Shown here: piece after piece, positions 17,514 through 24,910 of the stretch | How the letters are laid out: each line of letters begins with the position of its first letter | Position numbering within the stretch: the first letter of the stretch is position 1 | The notes under the pieces: generated by a model | The model's database searches: none | Seen by the model: only the letters and a program-made list of their open reading frames with translations | What the model was told of the DNA's origin: nothing | Program-made: the position numbers and the translations under genes | IMG/VR virus record: IMGVR_UViG_3300037466_001997 | Coordinates: 1-64,000 of that record | DNA: 64,000 nucleotides | Source of the DNA: a virus | Lineage: Duplodnaviria; Heunggongvirae; Uroviricota; Caudoviricetes | Strand: one strand, 5' to 3'

Positions 17514-17993
17514 TTAATAAGAAGTCAAGGGCTTAATTTTCTTCAATTGTTCAAGACTGGATTTGGCGCTGGTGTGAACAATGAAGATACCGCCTGCATC
17601 TTCCCACAATTTTTGATATTTGGTTCTGTCATCGATCAGAACATCACCCGGTAAGCAATACAGATGCTTTTCCTTGGCCTTGGTGACTACCATCGGCACA
17701 GAAGGTATCCACAGATGACCCCATTTCCATTTCTGGATATCAGCCCAGTGGACAGGGGAGCCGGTTAGGATAGCCGGATCATATCCGTTGGCTTTCAGAC
17801 CATCTATCAGGTCCAGCGCATCAGGCATCAGTTCCAAGCGTTCGAAGAAATAAGGATCGACTTGGCGAACCTTCTCCCACAGCTTTTCTTTGCCTAGCTG
17901 TTCCCGCATGGTGTGTGGGTCTTTATCAAAAACCCAGAACCACCGCTTATTGAAATCCGCTACGACTCCATCGGAGTCAACATATATTCTCAC
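17514..17993 (-). CDS. 5'(3')-deoxyribonucleotidase-like HAD enzyme (NT5C family)
   Basis: MRIYVDSDGVVADF motif I, size 159 aa. Confidence 0.7.
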   Translation of the reverse strand: MRIYVDSDGVVADFNKRWFWVFDKDPHTMREQLGKEKLWEKVRQVDPYFFERLELMPDALDLIDGLKANGYDPAILTGSPVHWADIQKWKWGHLWIPSVPMVVTKAKEKHLYCLPGDVLIDDRTKYQKLWEDAGGIFIVHTSAKSSLEQLKKIKPLTSY

Positions 17994-18154
17994 TAGTCTT
18001 CACCTAAAGTGTTTGTGCCTTTGATCAATCCTTTGTATATAAGGATTTTGAGAACGATATCTTCAACCTCATATTCTTTCATGAGTTGTTCACGAAGATT
18101 CTCGACTTGGTTTTCTAGTTGTTCGATACGATATAGCAGAGCGTCTGTATCCAT
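17993..18154 (-). CDS. hypothetical 54-aa coiled-coil peptide (MDTDALLYRIEQLENQVENLREQL...)
   Basis: AGGATAA RBS. Below track cutoff. Confidence 0.3.
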   Translation of the reverse strand: MDTDALLYRIEQLENQVENLREQLMKEYEVEDIVLKILIYKGLIKGTNTLGED

Positions 18155-18236
18155 GGTTATCCTGCCTGTTACCTAATGTATCTATAGGTATTATCTGATT
18201 GGAATTCAAGGGGAAATTTTTAGAAAGGTTAAGGAA

Positions 18237-18346
18237 TGGTGCGAGGGGTAGGACTTGAACCTACAAACGACCGGCTCTAGCTAGAAGCCTTTTAAAGGTC
18301 GCACCAGCATCCCGGCTGGCGTGGCTACCAATTTCACCACCCTCGC
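18237..18346 (-). tRNA. tRNA-like gene, 110 nt, Leu-like acceptor/D-arm but irregular anticodon loop (6 or 8 nt) and a ~39-nt variable region containing palindrome TCTAGCTAGA
   Basis: Acceptor GCGAGGG/CCCTCGC with ACCA; T-arm GTAGGTTCAAGTCCTAC. Confidence 0.35.
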
Positions 18347-18354
18347 AAAGGTTT

Positions 18355-18446
18355 TGGCGGAAGCGGTTGGATTTGAACCAACGGAACTTTTGAGGGTTCG
18401 CCTGTTTTCGAGACAGGTACAATAAACCAGACTCTGCCACGCTTCC
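18355..18446 (-). tRNA. tRNA-Ser (anticodon CGA), type II
   Basis: Acceptor GGAAGCG/CGCTTCC, anticodon stem CCTGT/ACAGG, loop CTCGAAA, long variable arm, T-arm GGTTCAAATCC, CCA encoded. Confidence 0.65.
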
Positions 18447-18453
18447 TAAACTT

Positions 18454-18531
18454 TGGTGCCGCCCCACGGGATCGAACCGATGAACCTTCTGTGCTTCAAA
18501 CAGATGTGCAGACCAACTACACCAAGGCGGC
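18454..18531 (-). tRNA. tRNA-Phe (anticodon GAA)
   Basis: Acceptor GCCGCCT/GGGCGGC, loop TTGAAGC. T-stem is imperfect in manual fold. Confidence 0.55.
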
Positions 18532-18589
18532 AGGCGTGTTATCAGCATCAAACACAGTAGCTCACCACTAAACTAGGTGACAGTAACTT

Positions 18590-18665
18590 TGGTGCCGGTT
18601 GCAGGAATCGAACCCACGACATCCTGATTACAAAACAGGCGCTCTACCGTCTGAGCTAAACCGGC
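18590..18665 (-). tRNA. tRNA-Thr (anticodon UGU)
   Basis: Acceptor GCCGGTT/AACCGGC, D-arm TAGCTCAGACGGTAGAGC, loop TTTGTAA with U-U at 31-39. Confidence 0.55.
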
Positions 18666-18678
18666 GACAGTGATACTA

Positions 18679-18706
18679 TTTATACACTAACTAGATATAA
18701 TGTCAA
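18679..18706 (-). promoter_or_regulatory. promoter for the tRNA cluster, TTGACA-16-TATAAA
   Basis: tttatacactaactagatataatgtcaa. Confidence 0.5.
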
Positions 18707-18708
18707 CA

Positions 18709-18752
18709 GAAAAAACAAAAAGGCCGAACTTTTTATCGCCCGGCCTTTTTGT
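18709..18752. terminator. bidirectional terminator
   Basis: AGGCCG..13nt..CGGCCT flanked by A-run and T-run. Confidence 0.5.
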
Positions 18753-18764
18753 TATAGGAACGGC

Positions 18765-19333
18765 TTAGTTCTTGCCGTGTCCGTTGCCGCCAGCGTTGCC
18801 ACCAGCGTTGCCACCGTGCGATGGGCCGGGAGCGCCATCGTGGTTTCCACCAGCGTTTTCAGCGTTGTTGTGATCTTCCGAATGGCCCGGCGCATTCTGA
18901 TCACCATTGCCATAACCATTGTTGTTGTGGCCGGTATCTCCACCGGAGCCACCACCATTGTTGTGGCCGGTATCTCCACCGGAGCCACCACCATCACCAC
19001 CAGAGCCATCGCCGCCGCCATCGGAACCACCACCGCCGTCACCACCGCCAGAGTCGCCTCCACCAGAGCTTCCGCCACCGCCGCCAGTGTTTCCACCGCC
19101 ACCACCAGTGTTTCCACCGCCACCACCAGTGTTTCCACCGCCACCACCAGTGTTGCCACCGGAATGATCGGAAACAGAATGCGTGTTGTTAGCGCCGCAT
19201 TGGGTCCAGATTGTTGATTGTGTGGTATTGTATTCACAATGTCGGAATGGTGCCGCATGAGCGACCCCATAGCCGTTCGAAAGAAGGATCAGCACAGATG
19301 CACTGGCCCTTAGCGCTAGATATAGATTTTTCA
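18765..19333 (-). CDS. secreted glycine-rich tandem-repeat protein (signal peptide, then GGNTGGGGG repeats)
   Basis: MKNLYLALRASASVLILLSNGYGVAHA is a signal peptide. Four or more exact 18-nt tandem repeats encode NTGGGG. ATG at 19333 follows AAGGGG RBS; track TTG extension overlaps the promoter. Confidence 0.55.
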
Positions 19334-19372
19334 TCCAAAGCACCCCTTGTGCGTTGCCTAAGTTACCACTCA

Positions 19373-19400
19373 CATATAAGTGATTCCTACGGAAAGTCAA
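19373..19400 (-). promoter_or_regulatory. promoter TTGACT-16-TATATG
   Basis: catataagtgattcctacggaaagtcaa. Confidence 0.4.
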
Positions 19401-19432
19401 TAGGGGCTTGGAATTATTAGAATATTAGCGAA

Positions 19433-19729
19433 TTACCATAGACCGTAATTGGTGAGATTGAATTCCTCACCACGGGTATGTTTGACGATATACACGTTGC
19501 CAAGCGAAGTCGGCGTGATGCAGTAGGTGAATTCACCACCAATAGCGCCCAATTCTTCATCAGGCAGGGAAACACGCTTGACCCATTCCTTGAAATTGAC
19601 CAGTGTGTCCTTATCAACCTCGATTTCGAACCCACAAAAATCCATCGTGGTTTCATTCTTCATAAGATTTTCGACTTTCAGGCGATGTTGGTCGAAAATA
19701 TCCTGCAATTGTTTCGAATCGATGTTCAT
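19433..19729 (-). CDS. hypothetical protein, 98 aa
   Basis: ORF. Confidence 0.55.
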   Translation of the reverse strand: MNIDSKQLQDIFDQHRLKVENLMKNETTMDFCGFEIEVDKDTLVNFKEWVKRVSLPDEELGAIGGEFTYCITPTSLGNVYIVKHTRGEEFNLTNYGLW

Positions 19730-19740
19730 AACAAAGCTCC

Positions 19741-19773
19741 ATAAAACAAAAGAGGACAGCGAACTATCCTCTC
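19741..19773 (-). terminator. hairpin AGAGGA..TCCTCT plus TTTTGTTTTAT on minus strand, downstream of tRNA-Gly genes
   Basis: Stem-loop with U-run. Confidence 0.4.
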
Positions 19774-19895
19774 TATCAGTGAATTTGTGAGCCTTTCGGT
19801 TGGAATTCTCTTAGACCATCCCGATTGGACTCTTTCTATCGCTCTATCCCAGTTTCTTAGTAATCGGAGGGACCGAACGATAGAAATCTAAACTT

Positions 19896-19970
19896 TGGAG
19901 CGGGAAACGGGATTCGAACCCGTACTTTTACCATGGCAAGGTAATGTGCTACCGTTAACACCATACACGC
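19896..19970 (-). tRNA. tRNA-Gly (anticodon GCC), possibly a pseudogene: two acceptor-stem mismatches
   Basis: Anticodon stem TTACC/GGTAA, loop TTGCCAT, T-arm ACGGGTTCGAATCCCGT. 5' GCGTGTA does not fully pair with 3' TTCCCGC. Confidence 0.4.
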
Positions 19971-19978
19971 TTAAGCTT

Positions 19979-20054
19979 TGGAGCGGGTAGCCGGACATCG
20001 AACCGGTCATCTTCTGCTTGGAAGGCAGTGGCTCTACCTTTGAGCTATACCCGC
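19979..20054 (-). tRNA. tRNA-Gly (anticodon UCC)
   Basis: Acceptor GCGGGTA/TACCCGC, D-arm TAGCTCAAAGGTAGAGC, loop CTTCCAA, CCA encoded. Confidence 0.6.
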
Positions 20055-20074
20055 TTACAAAGCTTATTTATACA

Positions 20075-20103
20075 TATTTAGATCATTTTAGGTTTCTTGT
20101 CAA
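20075..20103 (-). promoter_or_regulatory. tRNA promoter TTGACA-17-TAAATA
   Basis: tatttagatcattttaggtttcttgtcaa. Confidence 0.45.
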
Positions 20104-20108
20104 GAACT

Positions 20109-20300
20109 TTATTGATCGCCGGGCCAAATTAATGCATCGGCCCGGCCTGTAAAGACCAACCATGCGGCCTTGATCCGGTATCGAAGTGATGGATATCCTT
20201 CACATCTGGCCGGATGCCATGTCACCGAATCCTTGGATTTGTGTACATGGTTCACAGAATACACCACATCATCAACAGTTATGATGGAAGGGTATTTCAT
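20109..20300 (-). CDS. hypothetical protein, 63 aa
   Basis: ORF. Confidence 0.4.
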   Translation of the reverse strand: MKYPSIITVDDVVYSVNHVHKSKDSVTWHPARCEGYPSLRYRIKAAWLVFTGRADALIWPGDQ

Positions 20301-20524
20301 TCTGTTTTATCAATAAACGCTGCGTAAAGGTTAAGGATTGCGCCAATAACGCATAGGACAGTTGTCACGAATGGAAGTGACCCAAGCAGGAAAATACCGG
20401 CTAGGATAACACTATTCAAAACAAGATATCTCTTATCCTTTGAAAGTGATTTAAAATATGCGATAATAGGATCAAGCATTTGATACAAATTCCTCTGCTT
20501 CTTCTTTGGTGTGGAATACACCAA
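20297..20524 (-). CDS. small membrane protein, 75 aa
   Basis: Two hydrophobic segments. Confidence 0.45.
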   Translation of the reverse strand: MVYSTPKKKQRNLYQMLDPIIAYFKSLSKDKRYLVLNSVILAGIFLLGSLPFVTTVLCVIGAILNLYAAFIDKTE

Positions 20525-20660
20525 CTACTTGCCACTTCAAATCGATTTCTTCATCGATCTTGACGGCTGTCATGCTCCAAACATTGAACTTTCCATCGTG
20601 ACGTTCTGCAATGTCCATTGGAAGGTTGTCTGTAAACCAATTTGATTGAATGTTACTCAT
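20472..20660 (-). CDS. hypothetical protein, 62 aa
   Basis: ORF. Confidence 0.45.
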   Translation of the reverse strand: MSNIQSNWFTDNLPMDIAERHDGKFNVWSMTAVKIDEEIDLKWQVVGVFHTKEEAEEFVSNA

Positions 20661-21859
20661 TGGTATTCGGTAGTCTCGCCTTTTCTATTCAGATAATCTT
20701 CGGATACGTATTTTAGAATGATACGACCCAGTTCAGGATGACTTCCCTCATGCGAGGGAGTCGCTACCAGACCTTCACGGATGTTCGAACCTTCACCCAA
20801 ACTGGTGCGGCCATCAATGTAGGGCAGGATTTCGTCTTCTTTTTCCACCACGGCTATGACGGGCACCGTCTGGAAATTGGCATTCTCTAAAAATTCATAT
20901 TTGCCTAGGGCGAACACATATTCGCCACCGAATTTCACGTCAAAGGCACGGAATTCCGGCTTTTCCAGACCGTAATGCAAATCCTGAACGCCCTTGCCGA
21001 AAATTTCACCGAAAACATAATATTTTTTCTCACGCTCTATGTTTTCGGAGTACATGGAAATTTCGGTAATCAGATACGCCAGCTTTTCAAATAGCTTGTT
21101 TTCCATGACCGTGCGAACATAGAGATTGTTCCTGATGTTGCCTTGGTTATGTTTGAACACCAATCCCTTGGCACCCAGACCTTTGGAAAATACGATGAAT
21201 GAACCATCAAAATCCGGTAGCGTGAATAGTTCCGGATGTTTGAAACCCTGAACGAACCCGATGCCGCAAAACGTGCCATGCAGCTTTTCTGTCAGAAAAA
21301 TGGAACGGCCTGTGCCATTCAACACACCCGGAAATTTTTTGGCATTCTCGATATCGTAGTGACCAATCTTGTCCTGTCCGATGTACAGAAGATCGCCAGC
21401 CATGTTGGCCGGAAGAACCGGTTCATATTTCGTGATACCAAGGAATTCCGAGACATCATCACCCAGACAGAAACAATCGGTGTCCGTCTCATTCTGGACG
21501 ATGCAATCCATTTCGAAATAATCAACATTCCGAATGGTCGGGTGACCAAACATGATGCCTTCGGAAGTGATGCCACGCAATTTGATTGGCTTCACTCTAT
21601 CGCCATGTTTACCAGAAAGAATGCCCATGCCCTTGTTATCATCCCAGAAACCTTGTCTTAGAAGATATTCCGGAACGATAGAGTCGGACTGAACATAGAT
21701 TACCCAGTCGTTCTTTTTGTAGCGATGCGAGCCGTCTTCAAGTTTGGCGGATACAATCTTGTAGTCGTATCCTTTGAGCTTGACGATTGACAGACGGTCG
21801 GCGTTAGGGTGGTCGGTAGATGACTCCACCGCCATAATACGAGATTCAAATTTTGACAC
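20657..21859 (-). CDS. ATP-dependent RNA ligase (Rnl2/Rnl5-like motifs) with N-terminal OB/tRNA-binding-like domain
   Basis: Motif I KLHGTF, motif III FGEIFGKG, motif IV REGLV, motif V ILKYV. N-terminal HPNADRLSIVKL resembles the Myf/EMAP tRNA-binding fold. Confidence 0.6.
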   Translation of the reverse strand: MSKFESRIMAVESSTDHPNADRLSIVKLKGYDYKIVSAKLEDGSHRYKKNDWVIYVQSDSIVPEYLLRQGFWDDNKGMGILSGKHGDRVKPIKLRGITSEGIMFGHPTIRNVDYFEMDCIVQNETDTDCFCLGDDVSEFLGITKYEPVLPANMAGDLLYIGQDKIGHYDIENAKKFPGVLNGTGRSIFLTEKLHGTFCGIGFVQGFKHPELFTLPDFDGSFIVFSKGLGAKGLVFKHNQGNIRNNLYVRTVMENKLFEKLAYLITEISMYSENIEREKKYYVFGEIFGKGVQDLHYGLEKPEFRAFDVKFGGEYVFALGKYEFLENANFQTVPVIAVVEKEDEILPYIDGRTSLGEGSNIREGLVATPSHEGSHPELGRIILKYVSEDYLNRKGETTEYQ

Positions 21860-21861
21860 AA

Positions 21862-22095
21862 TTACTTTTTTCTAAGACTACGCTTACGTTCGTTAATTTC
21901 CATTGAAGCAATGCATTGAATATATTCTTCTTCGCTCTTGAAACGGAGCCAAGATAAAAATTGTTCTTTGGTTTTAACTTGATAGTTGATAATAGGATCG
22001 AATAAAAAATCAGTATGTTGTAGAACTGCTCGAATTTCAGGCTTTACTAATTTGTCATACGTCCGGAGAATGTACGCTGGATGACTCGAACCCAC
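21862..22095 (-). CDS. hypothetical protein, 77 aa
   Basis: ORF. Confidence 0.45.
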   Translation of the reverse strand: MGSSHPAYILRTYDKLVKPEIRAVLQHTDFLFDPIINYQVKTKEQFLSWLRFKSEEEYIQCIASMEINERKRSLRKK

Positions 22096-22634
22096 TAGAT
22101 TTCCAAAAATTTCCTTACACTTGTTACAACGTCTCTGTTCATTAATATTTCAAAATGATTTGAGGGTACTTCTATATAGTTGGCTTTTTCGATGGCTTTC
22201 TGACTGGTTACAGATATTATTCCATCGTTTTGTATCAACAGCCACGGATTGTTTCCGCCCGTTGAAATGTAGCACTGATGTTCTACACTGATGGTCTTTG
22301 TCAGCCGATTCAGTGTTCTGATTTCAGCGCCTAAAGTCTTTGGCGGCCACCATGGTCCAAGCCCGCCGAACGGGGAAGACATGGTGACTATTTTGTTGGT
22401 TGGCAGACCAATATTGGACAGAGCGACGGCTATCACCCCGCCAAGCGAGTGGCCGATTATATTAACCGGCTCTTTCGTTCTTCTCTGTATTCGGCTCTTG
22501 ATTTCTTCGGTAATTTTTACCAAATCACCATTTGCATCATATTCTATTATTACTTCCGCTCCCCAATCACGGGAGCTTCTGAAAAAATTGAACGAATCAC
22601 GTGCCGAATATGCTCCCGGTAGCCATACGATCAT
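22095..22634 (-). CDS. alpha/beta hydrolase (lipase/esterase-like)
   Basis: GHSLGG nucleophile elbow. Confidence 0.6.
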   Translation of the reverse strand: MIVWLPGAYSARDSFNFFRSSRDWGAEVIIEYDANGDLVKITEEIKSRIQRRTKEPVNIIGHSLGGVIAVALSNIGLPTNKIVTMSSPFGGLGPWWPPKTLGAEIRTLNRLTKTISVEHQCYISTGGNNPWLLIQNDGIISVTSQKAIEKANYIEVPSNHFEILMNRDVVTSVRKFLEI

Positions 22635-23690
22635 CTAGTATTTAGGCGTCGGGATCATGTTCTGAATTATACGCTCTGCCTGTGTTTGACGAACATCAAA
22701 ATCCGCATTTAGGATGCATTCGAAGTTCTTGCCGTATTCCTTTAACTTGCCGACAAGCTTGTCATAGAATTGCCAGCGAGTTTCTTCCACTTCCATAACA
22801 CGAAATCCATCCTGAATCCATGGTACAGATGGGGCTAGAACAATGTATTTGTCGATATGTTGTTCTTTTGCAACATCATAGAATTCCGAATTATCTTCAC
22901 CCGGAAACCAGATATCGGCATACATGGCAGTAATCAGCGCTTCCGTGTCCGAGACGATGATTGGAAAATTTGCGTTTTCCTTCGTCTGGTCAATCAGGAA
23001 TTGCTGTGTGCGCTGGATAATCCGGAAGTCTTCCCGGTCCAGTTCGTTCTTGCGATTCACAGACAGGATGCGACCGTATTCGGGGAGTGTGTCATAGAGC
23101 TTGGACAGCTTCTTGATCATGGTGGACTTGCCACAGGATTCCGGCCCGACAATCGCCACCGTCTGCACCAAGTCGTGCTTGGTGTATTCGGGCAGAGATT
23201 TGAACATGGAATAAAAATTATTTCGGACCATCGTGCCCGAAATCGACTTCATTTCCCTGTCCGGATCAACCGGAACCCAACGTGCGTGAAGCTCTTTGGC
23301 GATACGTTCACCGTAAAGATCGGATGTGAACACAATATCGATTTTTTCGAGCGTTGATGGCCCAAATTCATTGGTCAAAATTTCACGAGTGGAGGCAAGC
23401 CAAGCCTGCCAATATGATTCATCCGTGATTGTACCGTTTTCATCCTTGTCGGCGTGTTTGTCCAATTCCGGCTGTGGTAAAATGAACAGGGTACAAAATT
23501 CTTCCTGTTCGCCAATTGCCTTTTCAACCCATTCTTTTCTTTGTTCGAAAGAGAACGGATCATCTGGCGTTGTGCCAATCAGCACAATCAATTCATCGCA
23601 GTTTTTGGCGGCAACTTTAAGCAGAAGTTCATGCCCCTTATGCAGGGGCAAAAACTTTCCTAGCGTAAAACCAGTTCTATAATAATCCAC
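22635..23690 (-). CDS. nadR: NadR-like bifunctional NMN adenylyltransferase / ribosylnicotinamide kinase (no HTH domain)
   Basis: N-terminal GFTLGKFLPLHKGHELLL (HxGH nucleotidyltransferase); C-terminal VAIVGPESCGKSTM Walker A. Confidence 0.75.
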   Translation of the reverse strand: MDYYRTGFTLGKFLPLHKGHELLLKVAAKNCDELIVLIGTTPDDPFSFEQRKEWVEKAIGEQEEFCTLFILPQPELDKHADKDENGTITDESYWQAWLASTREILTNEFGPSTLEKIDIVFTSDLYGERIAKELHARWVPVDPDREMKSISGTMVRNNFYSMFKSLPEYTKHDLVQTVAIVGPESCGKSTMIKKLSKLYDTLPEYGRILSVNRKNELDREDFRIIQRTQQFLIDQTKENANFPIIVSDTEALITAMYADIWFPGEDNSEFYDVAKEQHIDKYIVLAPSVPWIQDGFRVMEVEETRWQFYDKLVGKLKEYGKNFECILNADFDVRQTQAERIIQNMIPTPKY

Positions 23691-23692
23691 AA

Positions 23693-24412
23693 TTACCGTC
23701 CGTAATGAATGGGTTCAGCTTTCCGCTGTCTATCGAGATACCAGAGGGTATAACCATAGACCACGTTACACAGGAACAAGGCGTACTGTGCGGCCCATAG
23801 GAAGAAGCCTGACTTGTAGTACACATAGACCGAAATCACGTTCACAGCGGCCCAGAATACCCAACTGATAGGCTTTTTCTGGTTACATAGATACTGTGCA
23901 ATGATTGACAGCATCAGAATGCCGACATCGAACGTTGTGTAGGAGGATTGGAAGTAATTGTACACCTGAACGATGATATACCACGATACAACACCAACAA
24001 TGGCCATCATGATATATTCGAATGGTTCAAGCGTTCGTGAAACTGGAAGATCGGTTCTGCCTTCGCCACCAAATTTCCAGTTATACCAACCCACGAATTG
24101 TGCCGGGATAAAGTATGCCCATTGCAGGGTCATTGAGGCTTTCAGATTGCCATGATAGGCGAGCGCACCAAGGAAGACAACGGCAACGATGCCGAGCGGC
24201 CAATTGGCGTTCTTCTGTCTCGATACGAGATACACACAGGCATAGTTCAGGACCACGCCAATGACTTCCACACCTAGCCAGAGTGGTGAGTCGGTATAGG
24301 CTTTTGCGAAATCCCACCAACCAAATTCTTGGCCGACGAAATAACTTGCGAATGTCAGCACTATACCGACAAGAAGACCCTCACAGGTATCGAGAAAAAA
24401 TTTCATTATCAA
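23693..24412 (-). CDS. pnuC: PnuC-like nicotinamide riboside transporter
   Basis: 239-aa multi-TM protein with Trp-rich helices immediately upstream of nadR (classic pnuC-nadR pairing). Confidence 0.6.
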   Translation of the reverse strand: MIMKFFLDTCEGLLVGIVLTFASYFVGQEFGWWDFAKAYTDSPLWLGVEVIGVVLNYACVYLVSRQKNANWPLGIVAVVFLGALAYHGNLKASMTLQWAYFIPAQFVGWYNWKFGGEGRTDLPVSRTLEPFEYIMMAIVGVVSWYIIVQVYNYFQSSYTTFDVGILMLSIIAQYLCNQKKPISWVFWAAVNVISVYVYYKSGFFLWAAQYALFLCNVVYGYTLWYLDRQRKAEPIHYGR

Positions 24413-24463
24413 TCACCATTCTTATCCAGTTTCTTCTCATATAATCATGGGGTTGGAGAAAAG

Positions 24464-24910
24464 TCAAGGGTAAAGATTGAATGTTCCCGTGATGGAAGTC
24501 ACATCAAACTTGTTCTTGTCCCCAAATACAAAGCCTGTGGTAACGAGTGGAACAAGATGTGTGATTGAACCATCCTTAACCGGATAGGAAGGATCAAGGA
24601 TGGCACCATAGACAATCGGACGACTGTCTTCCCAGTTGAAGCGATGATCGCCTTGCTCGATATTCAGCTTTTCCAGCACATAGGCTGGCACTTCAAGTGT
24701 GATCGTGACGCCGAAACCACGGTCGCCAGCCCAATCAGCCCAAAGTTCCCGTAGCTTGGTAAAGCGCTTGGAATCGGGACCATTGGCGATGAAGGTCTGT
24801 GCGGCATTGGCAGCGTGTGCCGCCTGTGCCGCCAGCTTGCCCGGATTAAGCGATTCTAGATCGTTTCGAGCAAGAATATACAGATATGGTTGCGGCAATC
24901 TTTTTGTCAT
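24464..24910 (-). CDS. peptidyl-tRNA hydrolase, PTH2 family
   Basis: LNPGKLAAQAAHAANAA motif, size 148 aa. Confidence 0.7.
   Translation of the reverse strand: MTKRLPQPYLYILARNDLESLNPGKLAAQAAHAANAAQTFIANGPDSKRFTKLRELWADWAGDRGFGVTITLEVPAYVLEKLNIEQGDHRFNWEDSRPIVYGAILDPSYPVKDGSITHLVPLVTTGFVFGDKNKFDVTSITGTFNLYP

Noticed and set aside
18765-19400. CRISPR array, suggested by regular short repeats.
   Set aside because: The repeats are in-frame 18-nt coding tandem repeats (Gly-rich protein) with no spacer/repeat alternation. The same applies to the Pro/Ala repeat gene at 26343-27281.
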